Counted from the stretch's first letter, positions 1 to 7,083 are shown. The stretch is 11,699 nucleotides of DNA from Fibrobacteria bacterium (GCA_037447435.1 JBBIGR010000076.1:1-11699), one strand, 5' to 3'. Numbers and translations: made by a program. The notes: generated by a model from the sequence alone, not told the origin.

Positions 1-32
1 CAGTTTGAGATTAATTTAAACTAAAATCGGAC

Positions 33-268
33 ATTGACTCAAAAACGCGCCGGTTGCCATTTACTATGACAAAGGAACCGACCACATATTTACGTTCGCC
101 TCAAGGATTGCCCAAGCTACCAGAAAAGCCGGCAAAGAATGTAGCGTTTGTGGAGAAATGGCCGATGATGCCTCAAATTTCGAACGATTCATGAAAATTG
201 GGATAAACCATTTCAGTGTTTTACCATACCGGATACCTGCATTAAAAAACAAAGCAAAAGCATTGTAG
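33..268 (+). pseudogene. 3' remnant of phosphoenolpyruvate-protein phosphotransferase (PTS enzyme I, PtsI/PtsP-like C-terminal domain)
   Basis: Not in the ORF track (no start codon). Frame +2 from 44 reads NAPVAIYYDKGTDHIFTFASRIAQATRKAGKECSVCGEMADDASNFERFMKIGINHFSVLPYRIPALKNKAKAL* (TAG 266-268), matching the enzyme I C-terminus including the catalytic-Cys motif CGE[ML]A. Frame +3 at 33-44 reads IDSK; one extra A in the A5 run at 41-45 would give IDSKNAPVAIYYD, like the family's DRxNxxVAxxY motif. All three + frames have stops within 1-37. Confidence 0.75.
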
Positions 269-281
269 GGACAAATGTCTC
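268..281. promoter_or_regulatory. Candidate upstream activator sequence (enhancer) for a sigma54 activator, GGGACA-AA-TGTCTC
   Basis: Near-palindrome. 267-279 is an exact 13-bp inverted copy of 4308-4320. Its centre is 141.5 bp upstream of the -24 GG, the same distance as the copy at P2. Confidence 0.7.
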
Positions 282-300
282 ATAATCATAATGTTAAAGA

Positions 301-313
301 TATCAATCACTTG
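301..313 (+). promoter_or_regulatory. IHF-binding site (P1 distal)
   Basis: TATCAATCACTTG matches WATCAANNNNTTR perfectly and lies between the candidate enhancer and the -24/-12 box. Confidence 0.65.
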
Positions 314-385
314 CGTAAGCCACTTTAAAAAAAGGAACCCGCTGAACGAAATAGGTTTGTGTGGGTTTTTATCTATAACACAAAA

Positions 386-398
386 ATTCAAATACTTA
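386..398 (+). promoter_or_regulatory. IHF-like site (P1 proximal)
   Basis: ATTCAAATACTTA, one mismatch to WATCAANNNNTTR; positional equivalent at 4424-4436. Confidence 0.5.
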
Positions 399-414
399 TA
401 GTAAATTAGACTTC

Positions 415-430
415 CGGCATGATCATTGCT
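415..430 (+). promoter_or_regulatory. sigma54 -24/-12 promoter P1
   Basis: CGGCATGATCATTGCT versus consensus TGGCACGNNNNTTGCW, with GG (416-417) and GC (428-429) at canonical spacing. Predicted start near 441. Confidence 0.75.
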
Positions 431-507
431 TTCGCATATACTGTCATATCCGACAGAGGTGCCAGGTAGGTCGCAGCGAAAATTGACAAACAAAACAGAA
501 GGTCCGT

Positions 508-711
508 ATGTCCGGAAATAGTACTAACCTATGGCAAACTTTCGGCAAAACAGGTTTCAACGCTGTATTGTCAGCAACAAGCATAATGCAAGAAAAACAG
601 CCGGTTGTGCTCCAAAAAAGCTGTCACGCTTTTTACATTTCATATGAAATCAATGCTTATACCGATCAAGCGCAGAGGATGTTTAAAACATATGAAAGCA
701 AAGAACTATGA
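508..711 (+). CDS. Possible small hypothetical protein (67 aa) upstream of the kinase
   Basis: GAAGGT precedes the ATG, and the stop overlaps the kinase start as ATGA (708-711). No recognisable domain. Confidence 0.3.
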   Translation: MSGNSTNLWQTFGKTGFNAVLSATSIMQEKQPVVLQKSCHAFYISYEINAYTDQAQRMFKTYESKEL

Positions 712-2741
712 GTCTTCGAATCAAGCTTCCTCTTTTTACCGCGTTGTTCGTTTTGCTCGCATCAATGGCGATATTATGGGTTTCGGTGCAGCAAACCGTT
801 AAAAGAGGGGAAAGGAACATTGCAGATATACGGTCTTTCGAAACATCCCGCATTAAAAATCTTCTTAAAGAACATGTGAACTTGATTTATTCACTTGTCA
901 AGGCTCAACATGAAAATTCTCATGCGCTTAAGGATGCAATGCCGATTGCCGAGAAAATAAAAAACATCACTTTCGATAACGGACGAGGGTATTTCTGGAT
1001 TGTCGATACTCTTGATATGCCGAATTTTCTTCTTCATCCATTTCTCGACAGTCTTTCCGGGCGCGACAGCAATAAAGTACTATCCCTTGTTAAGACTGTT
1101 AATTCGGCTATCCGGCCAAGCGGTGAAGGATTTATCACACTTGTTTGGCCAAAGATCGGCAGGAAAGGTTTTTCAGACTCTTTATTATCAAAAGTCTGTT
1201 ATGCAAAAAGGTATAAGCCACTTGGATGGGTAATAGCTTCCGGACGATATACCGATGACATAGACTCCGTCATCAATCACCGGGTTTCCCGGACAAAAAT
1301 TGAAATCACCGATATCATCCGGGAGCGGTTTGTTTTTACGGCGATCGTGCTTGTATTTTGCATGCTTGCGATCGTTATTTTTACCGGTATTATTACCCGC
1401 CCCATTAATAAATTTGTGTCGTTGACCGAAGATATTACGTCCGAGCGCAAAGGATATTCCGAGCGCATCGCGATAAGCTCACGTGATGAGATCGGAAGGC
1501 TCGCAAGAAGCTTCAACCTCATGCTCGGCCATATAGAGTTGACCATGAAGAAACTCAAAGAGAACGCCCAGGAATACCGCGAGCTTGTCGAGAATGCCAA
1601 TAGCGCGATCATCCGGATAAATAGGGACGGCAAGATTCTTTTTTTCAATGAATATGCCCAGCAACTTTTCGGATATAGTATGGAAGAAATTCATGGGAAA
1701 AACGTTTCCGATCTGTTGATAATTACGAGAGACGGATCTCCCGCCGATTCGAATTCAATTCTTAGCGAGGTACTTCATTCTCCTGAAAAGAATCTCTATA
1801 GCGAAGAATCGGTATCTACAAAAGACGGAGAAAAAAAATGGGTTGCCTGGACAAACAGACCCATCTACGACGAAAAAGGAGTTCTGAATGAAATTTTATG
1901 CGTGGGAAGCGACATTTCGGCCCGAAAAAGCGCAGAGAAACTTGCTCTTCTCCAGCAGCAACGACTAATTCAAACCGATAAAATGGCAACGCTCGGTGTT
2001 CTTGTTTCAGGCATTGCCCATGAAATCAATAATCCAAATAATTTTATCATCTTAAACGGTGAAAATCTTGCGGAAATATGGAAAGACATTTTGCCGATTC
2101 TTGACAACCATTATGAAAAAAATCCGCTTTATAAAATGGGCGGACTTCCATATATTGAAATGCGGAAGGAGCTTCCCGGACTTTTACACGGCATTAATGA
2201 GGGAGCACGAAGGATAAAACGTATTGTGCAAAACCTTAAAGATTTTGCGAGGCAGGAACCGGGTGACATAAACCAGTGGATACAAATGCGACAGGTCGTT
2301 GATGCGGCAACGGTGATCATCGGCAACCTTATCAAAAAGGCGACGAATAAATTTGAAATCATTCAAAATGGCAAAGTCCCGGATGTTAAAGGCAATTTCC
2401 AGCGGTTGGAGCAGGTCGTCATAAACCTGGTCACCAATGCATGCGAAGCGACCAAATCCATTGATGCCCCAATAAGCGTTGCAATTGAATATGATAACGA
2501 ACGGAAGCAGGTTATTGCTTCGGTACGTGATCAGGGGCAGGGAATACCCGTTGAAAACATGAAATACATCATGGACCCATTTTTCACGACAAAGCGTGAT
2601 AAAGGCGGCACAGGACTTGGTCTCGCCATATCATATTCTATCGTTAAGGACCACGGAGGCGATCTCCGCGTTGAGTCTACACCCGGCAAGGGGACGACTG
2701 CCATTATCATTCTCCCTGCTTTTGGAAAGGGCAAATCATGA
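708..2741 (+). CDS. Membrane sensor histidine kinase (TM - single Cache-like periplasmic domain - TM - HAMP - PAS - HisKA - HATPase), NtrB/AtoS-like
   Basis: Two TM helices; Cache-type GYFWI...HP...WPK...K..YAKRYKPLGWVIASG; HAMP (RPINK...RDEIGRLARSFNLM); PAS (LVENANSAIIRINRDGKILFFNEYAQQLFGYS); H-box AHEINNP, N-box QVVINLVTNA, G1 DQGQGI, F-box DPFFTTK, G2 GTGLGL. Confidence 0.96.
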   Translation: MSLRIKLPLFTALFVLLASMAILWVSVQQTVKRGERNIADIRSFETSRIKNLLKEHVNLIYSLVKAQHENSHALKDAMPIAEKIKNITFDNGRGYFWIVDTLDMPNFLLHPFLDSLSGRDSNKVLSLVKTVNSAIRPSGEGFITLVWPKIGRKGFSDSLLSKVCYAKRYKPLGWVIASGRYTDDIDSVINHRVSRTKIEITDIIRERFVFTAIVLVFCMLAIVIFTGIITRPINKFVSLTEDITSERKGYSERIAISSRDEIGRLARSFNLMLGHIELTMKKLKENAQEYRELVENANSAIIRINRDGKILFFNEYAQQLFGYSMEEIHGKNVSDLLIITRDGSPADSNSILSEVLHSPEKNLYSEESVSTKDGEKKWVAWTNRPIYDEKGVLNEILCVGSDISARKSAEKLALLQQQRLIQTDKMATLGVLVSGIAHEINNPNNFIILNGENLAEIWKDILPILDNHYEKNPLYKMGGLPYIEMRKELPGLLHGINEGARRIKRIVQNLKDFARQEPGDINQWIQMRQVVDAATVIIGNLIKKATNKFEIIQNGKVPDVKGNFQRLEQVVINLVTNACEATKSIDAPISVAIEYDNERKQVIASVRDQGQGIPVENMKYIMDPFFTTKRDKGGTGLGLAISYSIVKDHGGDLRVESTPGKGTTAIIILPAFGKGKS

Positions 2742-4159
2742 ACGAGATATCAAAAATTTCATTGCCTGTTTTTTTGGTTGATGACGAACTTGATTTTCTT
2801 CAGAGCGCGTCGGTGACTCTGCGTATGAGCGGGTTCGACGTCATTACCTGCGGAAACAGCAGTCAAGTACTTTCTGAGTTATCAAAGCAGAATATCGGTG
2901 TCATCATGCTCGATATTTTAATGCCCGGGGTAAAAGGAACGGAATTGCTTCCTGAAATCAAGAAAGCATTTCCGCACATTCCTATCATCATGCTCACGGC
3001 ACTCAACAGTGTCGAAACGGCCGTCGAATGCATGCGCTTGGGTGCTTTTGATTATTTGTTAAAACCGGTGGAAAAAAACCGTCTTGTTTCGAGCGTACGC
3101 AAGGCCATGGATTTGGTTGACATACGAAATGAAAATGCCCGGCTAAAGGAATCGCTTCTTACGAAAAGATTAAAACGACCGGATCTATTTGAAGAATTTG
3201 TTACCCAAGATGCCGCCATGACGACGATTTTTCAATACATCGAGGCAATTGCCCCTACGTCAATGCCGGTGCTGATCATTGGCGAAACCGGGGTGGGAAA
3301 GGAAATGATTGCTAAAATCATCCATAATACAAGCGGAAGAACCGGAGAATTTGTAACCGTAAACATTGCCGGCCTCGATGAGGCAATGGTAAGCGATACT
3401 TTGTTCGGCCATGAAAAAGGGGCTTTTACCGGTGCTGATTCCCGGCGCGATGGTCTGGTTGCCAAGGCTTTCGCCGGCACGCTGTTTCTTGACGAAATAG
3501 GAGACTTGGCCCGTGAAATGCAGGTCAAGTTGCTCCGGTTACTGGAAGACAAAACCTATTATCCGGTTGGTTCGGACTCAATGAAGCATACGAATGCACG
3601 CGTCGTAGTGGCGACAAACAAGGATCTTGGATTCATGCGTAAGGAAGGGAATTTCAGAAACGATTTGTATTATCGGTTGCAAAGTCACCAGGTGGATATT
3701 CCCCCGCTTCGCAATAGACCGAAGGACATTCCGTTTTTGGCCGAACATTTTTGTCGAATGGCATCCGACGAACTTAAAAAGGAAAAGCCCGGCATTTCGA
3801 AAGATCTTCGCGCGTTACTGTGTTCCTACGATTTTCCAGGAAATGTCAGGGAATTGAAAAATATGATTTTCGATGCAGTAAGTATGGAAAACACGAACAC
3901 ATTGTCTTCTTCGTACGTCAATGGGCTTTTGGCAAGAAACGGGCACGTGCAAATTCAGGCATCGAATATGGTTTTGTCTCAATATACATCAGTCAAGGAT
4001 TGGGCGGACTCGCCGCAGATGCCTTTTTTAAAAGAAGCGGAAAACATGTTGATTGATGAAGCCCTTAAACGGGCAAATAATAACCAGACTATAGCCGCCC
4101 AACTCCTTGGGATGACAAGATCGGCTTTGAATAAGAGGCTCAGTCGAGGACGCAAATAA
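2738..4159 (+). CDS. sigma54-dependent response regulator (REC - AAA+ - Fis HTH), NtrC family
   Basis: REC (LVDDE, MLDILMP, KP); Walker A GETGVGKE; intact GAFTGA; Walker B FLDEIG; FRNDLYYRL; FPGNVREL; HTH NQTIAAQLLGMTRSAL. ATGA overlap with the kinase stop. Confidence 0.97.
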   Translation: MNEISKISLPVFLVDDELDFLQSASVTLRMSGFDVITCGNSSQVLSELSKQNIGVIMLDILMPGVKGTELLPEIKKAFPHIPIIMLTALNSVETAVECMRLGAFDYLLKPVEKNRLVSSVRKAMDLVDIRNENARLKESLLTKRLKRPDLFEEFVTQDAAMTTIFQYIEAIAPTSMPVLIIGETGVGKEMIAKIIHNTSGRTGEFVTVNIAGLDEAMVSDTLFGHEKGAFTGADSRRDGLVAKAFAGTLFLDEIGDLAREMQVKLLRLLEDKTYYPVGSDSMKHTNARVVVATNKDLGFMRKEGNFRNDLYYRLQSHQVDIPPLRNRPKDIPFLAEHFCRMASDELKKEKPGISKDLRALLCSYDFPGNVRELKNMIFDAVSMENTNTLSSSYVNGLLARNGHVQIQASNMVLSQYTSVKDWADSPQMPFLKEAENMLIDEALKRANNNQTIAAQLLGMTRSALNKRLSRGRK

Positions 4160-4305
4160 CCGGGCGGAAAAAATTTTGATTCCTCCTCACAAATGCTTCG
4201 GCGGACACGTTTTGGGCGGATGAATGTCGTTGCGAGGAGACTATACACTCGCTAATTTGCCCTACATAAGATCATAGATTATTGCTAATCCAAATATCCC
4301 ACATC

Positions 4306-4319
4306 GCGACATTTGTCCC
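4306..4319. promoter_or_regulatory. Candidate upstream activator sequence (enhancer), GCGACA-TT-TGTCCC
   Basis: Second copy of GNGACA-WW-TGTCNC, centred 141.5 bp upstream of the P2 GG. Confidence 0.7.
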
Positions 4320-4338
4320 TTTCCCGTTATTCCTTATA

Positions 4339-4351
4339 TATCAATGCTTTA
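4339..4351 (+). promoter_or_regulatory. IHF-binding site (P2 distal)
   Basis: TATCAATGCTTTA matches WATCAANNNNTTR perfectly; exactly 4038 bp from the P1 copy. Confidence 0.65.
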
Positions 4352-4423
4352 CCTCGTAGGGTTGCTTAATAATGAAAAATGTCGATTTTGAAAGAACCTT
4401 TTCAAAATATGTAACGTTATGTA

Positions 4424-4436
4424 ATTCAAAGAATTA
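4424..4436 (+). promoter_or_regulatory. IHF-like site (P2 proximal)
   Basis: ATTCAAAGAATTA, one mismatch to consensus; exactly 4038 bp from the P1 proximal site; lies inside the palindrome at 4420-4438. Confidence 0.5.
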
Positions 4437-4452
4437 CAAGTGAAACTTTTTG

Positions 4453-4468
4453 TGGCATGAAAATTGGA
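4453..4468 (+). promoter_or_regulatory. sigma54 -24/-12 promoter P2 (variant -12 TTGG)
   Basis: TGGCATGAAAATTGGA: strong -24 element, -12 reads TTGG instead of TTGC. Supported by its upstream architecture being identical to P1. Confidence 0.65.
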
Positions 4469-4615
4469 TACTATAAAATGCAAAATATAAAAGTTTCTAC
4501 ACATTTTGCGTAGACTAAGGTATTGAGGTCTAACGAGTGTATGATAATCACAGCTAAAATTATCTAATTGCAAGCAACGGATTAGCAATAAAATGAAAAC
4601 AAAAAAGGTTATGCA

Positions 4616-5101
4616 ATGAAAAACTCTATTCATTTAAGCGCCGTTCTTTTCCTTATCGGGATTTGTTTAATTTTGTCAGCTGGTTGTGTGAAAAATGCAA
4701 GAAAGGGAAATGTTTTAATGTCCGGTTCCACCACCGGGTCTGCGGTTGAAAAAAAAATGACATATGGTCCTGTTTATTTTGATTACAATAAAACTGTTTT
4801 AACTCCTGAATCAATGTCGTGTTTGTACAATCTCGGCGCATTTCTTATTAACAATCCCGGTTACCGCTTGATTATTGAAGGTTATGCCGACGATAAGGAC
4901 TCCCAATACGATAAATATCTCTCTGAGGAACGTGCAAAGGGCGTTTACAATTGGCTCGTTCTCTATGGTGCATATCACATCGACGCCAAACGTGTCGAAA
5001 TACGGACATACGGAAGTGAGAAGCCTGCGTTAAAAAACTGCGGTACCGACACGTCTTGTCATGCCAAAAACAGACGTGTGGAACTGGAAGTAATCAAATG
5101 A
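4616..5101 (+). CDS. OmpA C-terminal domain / Pal-like peptidoglycan-associated lipoprotein (divergent copy)
   Basis: Signal peptide with lipobox-like LSAG-C; PVYFDYNK, IIEGYAD, LSEERA, TYGSEKP and NRRVE motifs of the OmpA-like peptidoglycan-binding domain. Confidence 0.9.
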   Translation: MKNSIHLSAVLFLIGICLILSAGCVKNARKGNVLMSGSTTGSAVEKKMTYGPVYFDYNKTVLTPESMSCLYNLGAFLINNPGYRLIIEGYADDKDSQYDKYLSEERAKGVYNWLVLYGAYHIDAKRVEIRTYGSEKPALKNCGTDTSCHAKNRRVELEVIK

Positions 5102-5151
5102 TCCGGTGTAAAGGGGCCATTGTTTATCGGAAATTTTGAAAAGGAACTGCA

Positions 5152-5589
5152 ATGCAAGGGAAAAAAATAATTCTTGTAGAAGATGAAGTTGATCTTCTGA
5201 GGTCGGTCACGCTTACGCTGAGACGGGTAGGATATGATGTGGTCTCTGTAGACAATGGCGCAGATGCATTGGCGCTAATACTGCTTGCAGAAAGCAAGAA
5301 CGAACCGCTTGACCTCCTTGTGACAGACCTGCATCTTCCAAATATTTCCGGCCTTGAGCTTATAGAGAAAATCAGAAAACGCCATATAAAAATCGCCGTT
5401 GCCGCAATTACTGCGTTTGGAAACAGTCAGACCAGGGCGGCCCTGAAAGAATTGGGCTGCGTATTCTGCCTGGATAAACCATTTAACATTAAAGAATTAT
5501 TGAATCATGTCTCCGGTGCAATTAATATCACGCAACCAATGGCTGCCGGGTCAGACCGCTTAATAGCGAATAAGAGGGACATAAAATAA
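5152..5589 (+). CDS. Single-domain response regulator (CheY-like receiver)
   Basis: ILVEDE, phospho-acceptor in LLVTDLHLP, ITAF, KPF; no output domain; AAGGA ribosome-binding site upstream. Confidence 0.93.
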   Translation: MQGKKIILVEDEVDLLRSVTLTLRRVGYDVVSVDNGADALALILLAESKNEPLDLLVTDLHLPNISGLELIEKIRKRHIKIAVAAITAFGNSQTRAALKELGCVFCLDKPFNIKELLNHVSGAINITQPMAAGSDRLIANKRDIK

Positions 5590-5621
5590 ATAATGCTACC
5601 ATTTTTATTAAGGAGGGTTGT

Positions 5622-6185
5622 ATGAAAGTCATGAAAGTTTTAGGGTTGGCAGCGGTATTCGGGCTGAGTCTATTTGTTTCAAATTGTGCCAAAAAAATCA
5701 CAAAAGTCCAGGTGATGCCACAGACAAAAGAGGAAGTTCCTACTTTGACCACAAACCCTCAGCTTACTGCACCTAATGACAGTTTTGCTCTTTCGGAAGC
5801 CGACAGCATGCTTAAAAAAGTATTGAAACCTGTATATTTCGATTTTAACAAATCGGATATTCTCCCTGATGGAATTGCTGAATTGGAAAAAATTGGTCGT
5901 ATTATGATGACGCGAAAAGAAATATCGCTTCTTTTGGAAGGCAATTGCGATGAACGCGGAAGCGAAGAATACAATATGGGGCTGGGGCAACACAGGTCGC
6001 AATCGGTGAAAGCATGGCTTGTATCTTATGGCATTGCCGACAAACGACTTGAAACGACATCCTATGGAAAAGAAAGGCCGGCTTTTTCAAATTGCCAGGA
6101 TGAAGCCTGTCATGCGAAAAACAGGCGCGTCGAATTCAAGGTGCTTGCCGGCTCGATATTATCGCATGGTCAAGTTTCGCGGTGA
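5622..6185 (+). CDS. pal: Peptidoglycan-associated lipoprotein (Pal family)
   Basis: AAGGAGG ribosome-binding site; signal peptide ending VSN-C; PVYFDFNKS, EGNCDERGSEEYNMGLGQHRS, SYGKERP and KNRRVEF are close to the Pal signature. Confidence 0.88.
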   Translation: MKVMKVLGLAAVFGLSLFVSNCAKKITKVQVMPQTKEEVPTLTTNPQLTAPNDSFALSEADSMLKKVLKPVYFDFNKSDILPDGIAELEKIGRIMMTRKEISLLLEGNCDERGSEEYNMGLGQHRSQSVKAWLVSYGIADKRLETTSYGKERPAFSNCQDEACHAKNRRVEFKVLAGSILSHGQVSR

Positions 6186-6229
6186 GGATTACAGGGATTA
6201 AATGCGCTTATGTAAACAAGGAAAAATCA

Positions 6230-6961
6230 ATGCTTAAAAGCGTTAAGGATCAGTTGGGTTTAAGAATTTTTCTAGTGGATGGGGATTGTGGATCTTTGAC
6301 CGATGTTATTTGCGATGATCGGAACTGGAACCTGTGGCTTTTTATTATCAAGCCATATTCGCGGATACCGCCTTACTATGCGGGAATCAAACCGGCAGAA
6401 ATTTTGAAATTAACGTCTGCTGGAATATTTATCGGGCTTTTGCTCGATGAAATAGAAGCCAGGACTGAAATCGACAAAAAATTAATTGCCGAGAAATCGA
6501 TGGTGTATTCATTGCCGTTTTTAGGTGAAAATGGAATCATGTCGATACCTTTGCAAGAGGATTTGGGAAGAAACACAAACACGACCCCAAATCCGAAACA
6601 AATTGACGGTTCTTCAAGCATCGGGGATATTTCAAAAAAAAACATTAAAAACCTTTTGGGAATGGAAGTGTTCTGTACTGATGGACAAGCAGGGACCATT
6701 GATGATTTTCTGTTCGACGACCAGCTTTGGATAATTCATTTTGTGGTTATTGCCTTACAGGGAAATGATACAAGGAAAGTCATGGTTTCGACAAATTGGA
6801 TTAAAAAAATCGAAGACCGTAAAGAAAAAATATTGCTGAATTTGTCCTTAATGCAACTGCAAAAACAAAACCAGTTTCTAAGGGAAAAATATTTCGATAA
6901 GAAATATGAAGATGTTATTAACAGTTTGGTTTTATTTAAAAAAGAGGAACCAAGAATTTAA
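6230..6961 (+). CDS. Protein with two PRC-barrel domains
   Basis: Internal repeat: LGLRIFLVDGDCGSLTDVICDDRNWNLWLFII and LGMEVFCTDGQAGTIDDFLFDDQLWIIHFVVI fit the PRC-barrel pattern G..V...DG..G.V.D...D...W.I.Y.VV. Start placed at ATG 6230 (AAGGA at 6218-6222) rather than the track's GTG 6182. Confidence 0.85.
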   Translation: MLKSVKDQLGLRIFLVDGDCGSLTDVICDDRNWNLWLFIIKPYSRIPPYYAGIKPAEILKLTSAGIFIGLLLDEIEARTEIDKKLIAEKSMVYSLPFLGENGIMSIPLQEDLGRNTNTTPNPKQIDGSSSIGDISKKNIKNLLGMEVFCTDGQAGTIDDFLFDDQLWIIHFVVIALQGNDTRKVMVSTNWIKKIEDRKEKILLNLSLMQLQKQNQFLREKYFDKKYEDVINSLVLFKKEEPRI

Positions 6962-7067
6962 AAACGGAAATTGCGATTTTGAAGCGATTATTAAAATAGA
7001 CGCCATAAAACACCCGATAGTAACATGCATAAAATTTGTTTAAGTGAAAACTTTTTGTTTGGTATTT

Positions 7068-7083
7068 TGGCATGAAAAATGCT
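7068..7083 (+). promoter_or_regulatory. sigma54 -24/-12 promoter P3
   Basis: TGGCATGAAAAATGCT with GG and GC at canonical spacing; shares TGGCATGAAAA with P2. Predicted start near 7094. Confidence 0.65.

Noticed and set aside
275..299. dif-like site (ATGTCTCATAA ... TAATGTTAAAG)
   Set aside because: Only 3 bp separate the putative XerC and XerD arms instead of 6, and the left arm is better explained by the enhancer palindrome.
64..493. Minus-strand ORFs 64-252 and 242-493, and likewise 4349-4633 and 6936-7133
   Set aside because: They are antisense to the enzyme I remnant or run across promoter elements, and show no recognisable domains.
531..610. Possible c-di-GMP-I (GEMM) riboswitch: GGCAAAC at the start and CAGCCGGTTG at the end
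   Set aside because: The central GACGCAAAGC element and a convincing GNRA-capped stem are absent; only an Infernal search could rescue it.
4593..4619. Mini-ORF MKTKKVMQ overlapping the first Pal start (ATGA)
   Set aside because: Eight codons in AT-rich DNA with no clear ribosome-binding site; expected by chance.
6182..6229. GTG start for the PRC-barrel gene given by the ORF track
   Set aside because: ATG 6230 has an AAGGA site at good spacing and begins at the first barrel; the GTGA overlap with pal remains possible but is less likely.
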